Position numbers and translations under genes: made by a program
The notes under the pieces: generated by a model
Database searches by the model: none
What the model was told of the DNA's origin: nothing
Seen by the model: only the letters and a program-made list of their open reading frames with translations
Part shown: piece after piece, positions 29,694-38,367 of the stretch
Position numbering within the stretch: position 1 is the stretch's first letter
How the letters are laid out: every line of letters starts with the position of its first letter
Virus record (IMG/VR): IMGVR_UViG_3300045988_117831
Direction: 5' to 3' (one strand)
Length of the DNA: 64,000 nt
DNA from: a virus

Positions 29694-30533
29694 TCAAATG
29701 ATCGGTATCTTTCTGCACCTACAGTTAATCGCCCATCCTGGCGGCCCCTGGTCTGCTTTCGGACCCTCCCAAAGTCTGGGGTCATTCAGCTTGAACCTCT
29801 TCCCATCTTTCTCCAGGTGGGTGTGGCGAGGAGTCTTGCCGGCAGAAGAGTGTAGCCACTCGAACTCCTCGACTCCATTTTCCGCCATTCTCTCATCGCT
29901 CAGAGAACTGTAAAGCTTGCTTGTTTGATCTCTTGCGATGAGTTCGATTCGATCTTCAGAAAACTTCCCGACTTTGCGAAGTGCGTTAGTTATGCCGGAA
30001 GTTCCTTGCTCTTCCGGATTCGGGGAAGTCAGAGACAGCATTACTGATGTGTAAATCTTCTCGTGGACTTCCTCTTGGATCTTGGTGATGAGAGTATGAT
30101 TGTAAGTGGTTGCGGCCTCCAGGGTGTTCCTGACGCTCTCATTATACGCAGCTCGTGGCTGATCGACGCCGGCCACCGACAAGCTGTGAAGGGTCGCGGC
30201 AGTGGCGGCTTCTTCGGTCCGGTTGACGAACTCCGGGGCGATCTTGGCCGCGAAACCTTCAAAAATGCGGCTCCATCGCTGCTGTAGGCTTCGAAGGGTC
30301 ATCTTGAACAGGACGTTAACGGATTCGTCTCTGGCGAAGAACCGTTCGGCCGCAGGCTGGGACAGCGCCTTCTCAATCTCGTTTCGATAGTCGGAGATCA
30401 TGAGCTTGGACATATCCTTCATCTGCTTTCGATACCAGGCCTCGATTCCTGCCGATGGAATTATGGGCTTCCCTCTTCCGACTGGAAGAGGTGCCCGGCG
30501 CTCGCGCTTTTTGGAGGCCTTGAATGCCATCAC
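29694..30533 (-). CDS. minor head protein, Mu gpF / SPP1 gp7 family
   Basis: 279 aa. C-terminal ...HTHLEKDGKRF...PPGWAINCRCRKIP matches the conserved end of the Phage_Mu_F domain. Overlaps the portal stop. Confidence 0.7.
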   Translation of the reverse strand: MMAFKASKKRERRAPLPVGRGKPIIPSAGIEAWYRKQMKDMSKLMISDYRNEIEKALSQPAAERFFARDESVNVLFKMTLRSLQQRWSRIFEGFAAKIAPEFVNRTEEAATAATLHSLSVAGVDQPRAAYNESVRNTLEAATTYNHTLITKIQEEVHEKIYTSVMLSLTSPNPEEQGTSGITNALRKVGKFSEDRIELIARDQTSKLYSSLSDERMAENGVEEFEWLHSSAGKTPRHTHLEKDGKRFKLNDPRLWEGPKADQGPPGWAINCRCRKIPII

Positions 30534-32827
30534 TCGCCCCCGAATGGTTTGGTGGTGTCGCCGTTCGCCAGCCAGCGACGGAAAGCGGGCAGGTCAACTT
30601 CATGGATGGAGCCGAGACCATCCCAGCCCGGACGGAAGCAGGACAGATATCCGGACTTCGCATCGTTGATGTTGTTGAAGCCGAGCATACACTTGTGCTC
30701 GTCAAACTGACCTTCCTTGTTCACTTGGTTGACGACGAAGACCCGTTTGGATCCCAGATTCGGACCGACGAAGCAATCGACTTCATCCCCATCAGCGCCT
30801 TTCGTTCCCTTGATGAACCCGTAGTGGTGTTTCATCTGAACTCGCCAACTCCCATCCTTTCCTTGCCGAATGCTTCCGCGCGGATTTTCGATCAAGGTGG
30901 TTATTCCATTCACCTTGATTCTCTGGAGTTCCGAATGATCACGAGGCCCGATGATGCGGTTGGACGAAAACACCGAAGGCTCCATGCCAGACACGCCAGG
31001 TTGGGACGTGCGCTTTAAGCCAGGCGCATCATTGTGCTCTATGTCTACGCCGTCCGGCGCCTTAATGTCGTCCAGGTCTTGGAGCTTCGACAAAAGATCG
31101 ACCAACAAGTTCCGCAGCTCGGCCTTGGGGTCCGGTCGCGACGGCGGTTCAGCGGCCTCGCTGGCCCCTTCCTCGGCCGCTTTCGCGAGAGGCTTAGTCC
31201 CGCGTGGAGCGGCGGGAACCGGGCCGCCTGCGCCCTCTACGGCGCCCGCCTGGGCTTCGGCTCGCTCGGCTTCGCCTTTCGCCTTTGTCGACTGTGCACC
31301 GGCCTTCTCGAATTCGGCCAGGTTTTCCGGAGACATGCCCGGTTCGGTTTCTGCCTGATCGTCGGTGAGTCGGTTGTAGCCGGAACGCGGATCGTCGCGC
31401 AGACGCTCGCGAACTTCATCCGGAGACACAACGCCAGAGTTGATGTAGATTTCGTCGGTAGCGGCTTTCTTGTTGTTCAATTCGGCTTGTTGCTGGCTGG
31501 ACGTGGAGTCTACAGGATTCCAGACGATTTCCAGCTGCACATCGATTTCTTCCGACTTCGCCAGAAGCAAATAGTGGCGTTCAAGAAGTGGGTCGAATAT
31601 GTGCTCTTGAATGGACTCCAGTTCTTCGTGATAAGAAATCGTTTCGTGCTCACCAGTGGCATTGAATCCTTTTGGAGAAGTGCCGAGGAGCTTCGTGGCT
31701 GGAGTCTTGGCGATGGCCGCGACCAGCTGATATTGGTTCATGATGATGCTGTCGAAGTCGGCCAGGTTCGTGTCGAACTGCTCCATGCCTTCGTCAATTC
31801 CCAGAACTTTCACGCCGTGGTTATCACGGTTGGCGATCCAGAACGCCAGGCGAGCGTTGAAGGCCTCTTCGTTCGCGATGGCCTTCTCCACGTCAACGTG
31901 GATGGTGCTGGTTCGCTTCGACATGGCAAGCAGCGGGGCTTCGTTCGCCGTCCGTTCCGCTGCATACACGCGCTCATAGATTCTCTGGGTGAGCGGGATA
32001 CCGCCGAAGATGTATGTAGGCTTCAGGATATCTGGCGGCTGCGGTCCACGAACCACCACTAGGTGGCTGCGGTGATATTTTTTGCCGCTGATAATCCAGA
32101 AATCCGGCTCATAGAAATGTTCGGAAGACGGATCTGCCGTCGAGCCAGCAGTGAGCTGCGGCATTGCCCAGTATGGATCGATCTGGGAGATTCCCTTGTA
32201 GGAGCCGGGCGTGATTCCATCCGGATTGAACGGCTTTTCGTAGTAGTCCGGATCGTCAGACTCCACGACGAACAGCGCGATACGAACGCCGAAAACGTTC
32301 TTGAATCTGTTGAGTTCGACAAGGTTGTCTTTGACGCGAAACTCCATGTCGCGCCGGGCGATCAGCGCGCTTTGTTCATCGGATAGCTTCCTGCCGTCCG
32401 ATTTGAGTTCCCATCCGTTCCGTGCTGCGTCTTCCCCAGACATGGAACAAGCTTTGTCCACCAACCAGTGCTGGGAAATGATTGCGCAAGCTTGGTATCC
32501 GATAAACCCTTGGGAATTGTACCAGTCCTGCAACATAGTCGGGACGACATAGGGATTCTGGCCGCCCGCAGCAGCCTTCGCGGCCGGAGTTGGTCCATCA
32601 CCATACGCACTATCCATCGCTACAGATAGGCCCGGCTCCAGGAAATCTTTCACACTACGAATGACCGGGGTTTTCTCCGGCTCGACGTTCCAGCCGCGAA
32701 TCCTTCCCAGCTTGATCATGGGGTCGAGCGGATCGTGTTGAGGGATTTGTGCGACTTTCTCCGGCGCCGATTCCGAACAGGCAGCATTATCCTTTTTGCG
32801 CCCGAATATCCAGGAAAGTTTAAACAT
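30530..32827 (-). CDS. portal protein with C-terminal inorganic-pyrophosphatase-like domain
   Basis: 765 aa. The N-terminal ~500 aa is portal-like. An Ala/Glu-rich linker follows. The C-terminal ~165 aa carries HHYGFIKGTKGADGDEVDCFVGPN, resembling the family I PPase active-site region (YGFxxxTxxxDGDPxDVLV). Confidence 0.7.
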   Translation of the reverse strand: MFKLSWIFGRKKDNAACSESAPEKVAQIPQHDPLDPMIKLGRIRGWNVEPEKTPVIRSVKDFLEPGLSVAMDSAYGDGPTPAAKAAAGGQNPYVVPTMLQDWYNSQGFIGYQACAIISQHWLVDKACSMSGEDAARNGWELKSDGRKLSDEQSALIARRDMEFRVKDNLVELNRFKNVFGVRIALFVVESDDPDYYEKPFNPDGITPGSYKGISQIDPYWAMPQLTAGSTADPSSEHFYEPDFWIISGKKYHRSHLVVVRGPQPPDILKPTYIFGGIPLTQRIYERVYAAERTANEAPLLAMSKRTSTIHVDVEKAIANEEAFNARLAFWIANRDNHGVKVLGIDEGMEQFDTNLADFDSIIMNQYQLVAAIAKTPATKLLGTSPKGFNATGEHETISYHEELESIQEHIFDPLLERHYLLLAKSEEIDVQLEIVWNPVDSTSSQQQAELNNKKAATDEIYINSGVVSPDEVRERLRDDPRSGYNRLTDDQAETEPGMSPENLAEFEKAGAQSTKAKGEAERAEAQAGAVEGAGGPVPAAPRGTKPLAKAAEEGASEAAEPPSRPDPKAELRNLLVDLLSKLQDLDDIKAPDGVDIEHNDAPGLKRTSQPGVSGMEPSVFSSNRIIGPRDHSELQRIKVNGITTLIENPRGSIRQGKDGSWRVQMKHHYGFIKGTKGADGDEVDCFVGPNLGSKRVFVVNQVNKEGQFDEHKCMLGFNNINDAKSGYLSCFRPGWDGLGSIHEVDLPAFRRWLANGDTTKPFGGE

Positions 32828-33007
32828 TGTAGTTCCACGTGGTTGTTGACTGTGTGCGCTTATTATAGGGGAAACATCAAACGTTCAAAAGAGATTCAAA
32901 CATATACATCAGATTAACAGTTGCAACTAATCAGTTATGAGAAAATAATTCTTTACGGGAACTTTTCGGCAGATTAGACTCTAATTATCAACCAATGGAG
33001 ATTAAAC

Positions 33008-33409
33008 ATGAATACTCTTTTGCCAATCGTACATATCGTGTTGAAAGACGGCGAAGTTCTGGGCGTATTCGATTGCGACAAATCGGCAAGATTGTTTCGC
33101 GACATGAAAGGCGGCGTGCTGGATTCCTGGATGGTGGAATCGCAGAACAGCTCGCGTTCACGCCTCGTCACGAAAGAAAGCTATGAAGTCGGTGATCACG
33201 TCATATACCTGGACGAGCACGGAGAAGGACACGGCAAGGTTCTGGCGGTTGAGCCACGAGGCGAGCGTGCTGTCGGCGGACGGGAGCTGTACAACCTATA
33301 TCAAATCAGCAGCGACGATCCGTCCGTGGAGATTTGGATGCTCGACGCAGACATCATCGGCATTTATCCCGACGAAAAGCGCTTTACTCCTGGCGAGCAG
33401 ATGGAATAG
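33008..33409 (+). CDS. hypothetical protein
   Basis: 133 aa. RBS GGAGATTAAAC ahead of the ATG. First gene of the + strand accessory block. Confidence 0.5.
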   Translation: MNTLLPIVHIVLKDGEVLGVFDCDKSARLFRDMKGGVLDSWMVESQNSSRSRLVTKESYEVGDHVIYLDEHGEGHGKVLAVEPRGERAVGGRELYNLYQISSDDPSVEIWMLDADIIGIYPDEKRFTPGEQME

Positions 33410-33440
33410 ACTCTGCTCATCAACTAAAGAGGGTGACGAA

Positions 33441-33764
33441 ATGGCGAGTATCACCGTATGGATTGCTACTGCTTTCCTTTGCACTGGAGACGGCTGCGTC
33501 CAGATGCCGGACCATACTAGCAGACGGTTCGACAGTAAGGCTCAGTGCGAAGACGTCATGCTAAGAGCGATTGATAAGATGTGGGAGCGGCACCAATTGG
33601 TCGTCCAGGCCGTTTGCACGCCTTATTTCCTGAGCAGCACTGAGACTCCCGGATTCTACAGTCCGCCGCCCCAGCCACCGACTGGTCTGAACCGTATGTG
33701 GGACAATTGGATTCGCGGCGGCGGTCTGCCATCCTATGAGCCAGGAAGAGGGTGGAGCGAATGA
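33441..33764 (+). CDS. hypothetical protein with N-terminal hydrophobic segment
   Basis: Start MASITVWIATAFLC after GAGGG. The listed longer ORF's upstream part overlaps the previous gene. Confidence 0.45.
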   Translation: MASITVWIATAFLCTGDGCVQMPDHTSRRFDSKAQCEDVMLRAIDKMWERHQLVVQAVCTPYFLSSTETPGFYSPPPQPPTGLNRMWDNWIRGGGLPSYEPGRGWSE

Positions 33765-33964
33765 AGCCGCGCCGTCCGGAAGTTCGGGTGAGCCTGGAAA
33801 CCGCCCTCTGGATGTCGACATCCGCTGCACTCCTCGCGGCGATTATCGCCGGCGCGGTTTTCCCGCCTTCGACGATTCAATGTCCGGAAGAAAGACCGCC
33901 TGCGACCGAGCGTTTTCACCATCCGGAAAACAGCAAGTTCTTTCCTCACATACAAAAGGGATAG
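33761..33964 (+). CDS. small membrane protein
   Basis: Start MKPRRPEV, overlapping the upstream stop. TM segment LWMSTSAALLAAIIAGAVF. Confidence 0.35.
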   Translation: MKPRRPEVRVSLETALWMSTSAALLAAIIAGAVFPPSTIQCPEERPPATERFHHPENSKFFPHIQKG

Positions 33965-33969
33965 TGAGT

Positions 33970-34281
33970 ATGAAGTATGTAGTCCTGAAGCTGACGGTCC
34001 GTGGCATGTCGCGTGAAGTTCCTGTGATCTTCCCCGACCTCATCAGTCATGTGAACATGGCCGCGAGTGCAATTGTGGCCCTCGATGCTGAGTGCGAAGA
34101 CTTCAAGAAGGCCGGCGACAAAGTTGATATCACCGCAGTATCGGCAGGATTCCTGTCTTCGATGGATATCGATGCGAAATGCAACGGCCAGTCGGACTCT
34201 TTGGGCGGTCTGAAGTCGAGGGAATCAGAGGATGATGGTCTCATCCGAATGATCGACTATACCCATGGTTACGTCGGTTAA
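33970..34281 (+). CDS. hypothetical protein
   Basis: Start MKYVVLKLTV after GGGATAGTGAGT. Confidence 0.45.
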   Translation: MKYVVLKLTVRGMSREVPVIFPDLISHVNMAASAIVALDAECEDFKKAGDKVDITAVSAGFLSSMDIDAKCNGQSDSLGGLKSRESEDDGLIRMIDYTHGYVG

Positions 34282-34522
34282 GGCGCGCTGCCTTTCATGC
34301 GACAGACGCGCCGTCTTGGACGAACGAAAACTGAAGTCGAAGCGCCCACCAGTCTGTAGATGGTGTGGAGGATCGACCTGGCGAATAGTCATGGAAGTTA
34401 CCTGTTATAGTTCGTGTAGACCCTATCCCCACAGGGCTGGCTCGGTCGGATGCATTCTGGATCGATCAGGCTCAACAATAATCGTCGAACTTCCTGGAGT
34501 CCCAGACGATTTTCCTTTTTGA
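34265..34522 (+). CDS. small zinc-ribbon protein
   Basis: CxxC...CxxC arrangement (CLSCDRR...VCRWCGG). Weak RBS. Confidence 0.3.
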   Translation: MVTSVKARCLSCDRRAVLDERKLKSKRPPVCRWCGGSTWRIVMEVTCYSSCRPYPHRAGSVGCILDRSGSTIIVELPGVPDDFPF

Positions 34523-34523
34523 G

Positions 34524-34820
34524 GTGAACATGGCTACTAAGGCCGATTTGGAACTGGAAGTTCAGCAGCTTCGACGAGTAGTGAAATCTCGCGAGCAAGA
34601 AATTGAAGAGTTGCACGGACGACTGGAGCGCCATCGAGACATCATTCGTCGCGTCCGGCTCTATCTTTGGAGCCGTCTGCTGATCCATCGCCGGACGGCC
34701 GAAACCCTGGAAGTCGGCGACAGCATCGCCAAGACCATCGCCGCGAAAACGGCACAAGGCCGCGAACGACGTTCTAGGCATCATTCAGCATTTGAACGAC
34801 TACTGCGACAGCTATGCTGA
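34524..34820 (+). CDS. hypothetical coiled-coil protein
   Basis: 98 aa. GAGGTG ahead of the start. Confidence 0.45.
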   Translation: MNMATKADLELEVQQLRRVVKSREQEIEELHGRLERHRDIIRRVRLYLWSRLLIHRRTAETLEVGDSIAKTIAAKTAQGRERRSRHHSAFERLLRQLC

Positions 34821-34981
34821 GTACGACTACAACGACGGCGCTGAGCATGGGTTCAAGATCAATAGCGACATTTATTGATTGTCTTCGACCCGACGAACGG
34901 TAGTGAGAAATCTCTACCGTTTTTCCATTTCTGGCGTATAGTCAACTCATCGAAACGAACTTTCCAAACAGGAGAATCGAC

Positions 34982-35914
34982 ATGAACGCAGCAGAGAATC
35001 TGTTCACCGGCTTCGAAGACCTGGGTGATGACTTCGCTACCGTAGAGATCAACAACGAAGCGCCGAAGACCCTGGAAGACGTGTCCATGGGTGCCCGCCC
35101 GAACTCCCGGAAGGAAGTGAAGCTGTATCGCGACAAGTGCACCAAATGCGCAGGCACCGGCCTGTACCGTGGCCCTTCGTCTTATGGTCGCGCCTGCTTT
35201 GCCTGCGGCGGCGTCGGATACAAAGAGTATAAAACCAGCCCGGAGCAGCGCGCCAAGAGCCGTGCTAAGGCGGTAGAAAAGCGCATCGAGAAAATCTGTA
35301 GCGCTGCGCAAGAGCGCGACCTCAAAATTAAGGCCTTCGAAGCCGCGCACCCGGACATCATCGAGTGGTGGACTGGAAATTCCTTCAGCTTCGCTCAGAG
35401 CCTTCAGGAGTCGTTGTATAAATACGGCTCCTTGACAGAAAATCAGATCGCTGCTGCGAAGCGCGCCATCGAAAACCTCGCCAAGTATCGCGAGAAAGTG
35501 GCCGCGCAGGAAGCTGCTGCGCCGACTCTGGACATTTCCGGCATCGAGAAAGCGTTTGAGAAGGCGAAAGAGTCTGGTATCAAGCGCCCGAAAATCCGCC
35601 TAGCTGGCGAAGGCGAGGAGCCGCTCATCGTTGTTGTGAAAGAGGCTAGCGCTCACAGCCGGAACGCCGGTAGCCTGTACGTCCTGGGCGACATCTACCT
35701 CGGCCGGATCACCAATGGCAAATTCATCAAGAGTCGCGACTGCACCGATACTGAGCACGACGACGTTCTGAAGATGTTCGAAAAGCCGATGGAATCGGCA
35801 GTCGCCTACGGTCGGAAGACTGGTCAGTGCTCCTGCTGCGGTCGCGAGTTGACCAACCACGCATCCATCGAAATGGGCATTGGCCCGATCTGTGCCGGAA
35901 AATTCTTCGGATGA
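34982..35914 (+). CDS. zinc-finger protein with two DnaJ-type CxxCxGxG motifs and a C-terminal CxxC...GIGPICAGKF motif
   Basis: 310 aa. CTKCAGTG and CFACGGVG near the N-terminus. CSCCGRE...GIGPICAGKFFG at the C-terminus. Good RBS (GGAGAATCGAC). Confidence 0.55.
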   Translation: MNAAENLFTGFEDLGDDFATVEINNEAPKTLEDVSMGARPNSRKEVKLYRDKCTKCAGTGLYRGPSSYGRACFACGGVGYKEYKTSPEQRAKSRAKAVEKRIEKICSAAQERDLKIKAFEAAHPDIIEWWTGNSFSFAQSLQESLYKYGSLTENQIAAAKRAIENLAKYREKVAAQEAAAPTLDISGIEKAFEKAKESGIKRPKIRLAGEGEEPLIVVVKEASAHSRNAGSLYVLGDIYLGRITNGKFIKSRDCTDTEHDDVLKMFEKPMESAVAYGRKTGQCSCCGRELTNHASIEMGIGPICAGKFFG

Positions 35915-36015
35915 TCTACACGACCATCAAAGCCATGGCCTGGTTCGCCCTTCTATGGGCGACCGGCTTATCAATCGTAACTCTCACAATACATTTCTGC
36001 TACTGAGGATTATCC

Positions 36016-36603
36016 ATGAGCACCGTCCATGACCCGATGAAGGACAAGATCACTCTGCACGGCCTGGGGTTCATTCAGGTCCAACTTCCGGCCGGTCGCC
36101 TCCATGTTTGGCACCCGGAGCTGCCGCGTCGGCTTTGCTTCAATCACTCGGCCATCCACGATCATCGATTCGATTTCGAGTCTCTGGTGCTGGTTGGATC
36201 GATGGAGAACATCAACTATTACGAGGATCGCTCGGCTTGCCTCGGCGAAATGACTCACGAAGGTTATGAGCATTCTTCGGCTCGCCAGGCTTGCGGCGGT
36301 CGCGGCTGGAATCCTGTGGGCTCTGTATGTCTGCGCCAGAGGCAAAGATTTGTTATCGACGCCGGGCAGCAATATTCGATGTCTGCGTACGTTCCGCACA
36401 GGACGAATCCGCTCGGTGACGGCCGCGTGGCGACTCTCATGCGGAAAGGCAGTGTTCATAAATGGCCTGCCACTTCCTATGTGACGCTGGGCGTCGATCC
36501 TGAAACCGACTTCGACCGTTACCAGTGGTCTGTTCCGACGCTCTGGGAAGTCGTCATTGATGTTCTCGGCGGCGCAGAGTTTCAAATCCCCTCCATCCCG
36601 TAA
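36016..36603 (+). CDS. putative cupin-like metalloprotein
   Basis: 195 aa. His clusters HVWHPE and IHDHRFDF suggest a cupin-type metal site. Inference only. Confidence 0.45.
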   Translation: MSTVHDPMKDKITLHGLGFIQVQLPAGRLHVWHPELPRRLCFNHSAIHDHRFDFESLVLVGSMENINYYEDRSACLGEMTHEGYEHSSARQACGGRGWNPVGSVCLRQRQRFVIDAGQQYSMSAYVPHRTNPLGDGRVATLMRKGSVHKWPATSYVTLGVDPETDFDRYQWSVPTLWEVVIDVLGGAEFQIPSIP

Positions 36604-36619
36604 CCGAAGGAATCTGAAA

Positions 36620-37057
36620 ATGAAAAAGTTCTGTGTCGACATCACTAATGGTCTGGCCGGCTTCATCATCTGGGGCGGCGCAATCGTCCTGGCTGCTACC
36701 GTCTTCGTCATCGGCCCGCTGGCCCTCCTGCTGACCGGCGCCTGGGTTGTGTGTACGTCCGTAGTGTTCGCCCTCTGGTTCGCCGTCGCCGGCATCTACG
36801 AAGAGTCGCAAAAGCAGACCGAGTATCTTAAATCCCTGGTGTCGCTCCAGGCGTGTGAACGCGGCATCGGCTACGGCCCAGGAGACGCCGGTTGCAGCGC
36901 TAGCGCTCCGGCCGTTCCCGTAGAGCCCAAGCTCAGCCATCCCAAACTGAAGCCGGGCGCACAGCTCGCGGCCGCTGTCTTGTTCTTTGCCGCCCTCATC
37001 CTCTTGCTGGTAGCAGGTGATTGGATCTGGAATTTCTTCCAGTCGATGCCGAAATAG
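36620..37057 (+). CDS. hypothetical integral membrane protein (about 3 TM helices)
   Basis: Start MKKFCVD after AAGGAATCTGAAA. The upstream part of the listed ORF overlaps the previous gene. Confidence 0.5.
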   Translation: MKKFCVDITNGLAGFIIWGGAIVLAATVFVIGPLALLLTGAWVVCTSVVFALWFAVAGIYEESQKQTEYLKSLVSLQACERGIGYGPGDAGCSASAPAVPVEPKLSHPKLKPGAQLAAAVLFFAALILLLVAGDWIWNFFQSMPK

Positions 37058-37065
37058 TGGAAGAA

Positions 37066-37143
37066 AGTGCTTTACTTCCATTCTGAATGAAGGCAGAATA
37101 GCTCCATTGAAATGCGAAACCCTTCAGACAAAAGGAACCGACC
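37066..37143 (+). promoter_or_regulatory. repeated promoter/leader copy A
   Basis: GTGCTTTACTTCCATTCTGAATGAAGGCAGAAT...CAAAAGGAACCGACCATG. Confidence 0.55.
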
Positions 37144-37923
37144 ATGGCCGACCAGAACGAATTCACCCCTGAAGCCATCGAGAAGGCGAAAGACCGCATC
37201 CGCAAACTGACCGCCATGGCAGCCGACTCTTCCAGTCCGCACGAAGCGGCCATCGCAGCCGAGCGTGTGAAGAAGTTGAAGGACAAATATGACCTTCACG
37301 ACTTCGAAGCTACCGGCGAGATTCGCGAAGAGTTCGATGAGCAAATTGCCACTCGTTACTATTCCGCAATCCCGAACTGGATGAAGTTTTTCTCAGTGGC
37401 CGTGGCGACGTACAATGACTGCATCATGGATTTCGCCGGTGGCATCAACAACCACAGAGCATCGGCTAAGGCATCCAGGAGCGCCCGCGACGGAAGCACT
37501 ACCAAGCGCTGGGGTCATGCCGTACGCTTCAAAGGCTACAAGTCGGACGTTGAGCTGGCGGTGAACATGTTCAACTCCCTGGTCGAGGCCATTGATCGTC
37601 TGTGTCGGGAGTATCAGAAGGCGCAAGGGTACGAACGTTTCAACGTAAAGGTTGCCGCGCAATTCAAACTGGCCGCGACCCAGGAAATCAGCTATCGCCT
37701 TCAGTCCATAACCAGGAAGCGTATGGAGCTGGTATCTTCTGCCGGAACGTCTCTGGTTGTGGTGAAGGAAGCTGCGGTTCACGAACATTTCGGCGATCCT
37801 GGCTACAAGAAGTCCAATGTTACGAAGCTCATGCGTCTGGACGATAGCGACGGTCGGCGCGCCTTCAATGCAGGGGCCAATGCCGGGCGCAATATGGAAA
37901 TCGTTCGGTCGGTGGAGGATTGA
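37144..37923 (+). CDS. DUF2786-like phage protein
   Basis: 259 aa. N-terminal KAKDRIRKLTAMAADSSSPHEAAIAAERVKKL resembles DUF2786. Driven by promoter/leader repeat copy A. Confidence 0.55.
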   Translation: MADQNEFTPEAIEKAKDRIRKLTAMAADSSSPHEAAIAAERVKKLKDKYDLHDFEATGEIREEFDEQIATRYYSAIPNWMKFFSVAVATYNDCIMDFAGGINNHRASAKASRSARDGSTTKRWGHAVRFKGYKSDVELAVNMFNSLVEAIDRLCREYQKAQGYERFNVKVAAQFKLAATQEISYRLQSITRKRMELVSSAGTSLVVVKEAAVHEHFGDPGYKKSNVTKLMRLDDSDGRRAFNAGANAGRNMEIVRSVED

Positions 37924-38324
37924 TTATGAACTTCCCTAGCGACAAAGTGATGCTGCGAATCGTCCAATCCATCCTCGCGATCCTCATCGGGATCGCTTGG
38001 GCCTGCGCCGACTATGGAGTCGTGGCTGCTGAACTTCCTCCATCTCTGCAAGCCCATCCCGCGAGGCCAGGGCACAGCGAAGTCTCTGCCCGCGACCCTA
38101 GGTCGGTCGAGGCCGAAAAAGCGCGGGAAGAGGCCTTAGAATATGTCCTGTCGCTACGCCCGGAAGTTATCGAGGCGAAAGCCCGCTTCGCAGCTGAGGC
38201 GGCGCAGCACGGAATGTCAACCGAGAAATACGCTGAGATGCAGCGCCTGTCAAAGCTGATGTCCGGCATACTTGTGCCGTTTGCGTTCCTTGCGTTCATC
38301 TTCATCATGCTGCTCAGACTGTAA
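37920..38324 (+). CDS. hypothetical membrane protein
   Basis: 134 aa. N- and C-terminal hydrophobic helices. ATGA overlap with the upstream gene. Confidence 0.5.
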   Translation: MIMNFPSDKVMLRIVQSILAILIGIAWACADYGVVAAELPPSLQAHPARPGHSEVSARDPRSVEAEKAREEALEYVLSLRPEVIEAKARFAAEAAQHGMSTEKYAEMQRLSKLMSGILVPFAFLAFIFIMLLRL

Positions 38325-38367
38325 TAGGCCTGAGCAGCGAACAACCGCCAACCAAAAGAGAATCATC

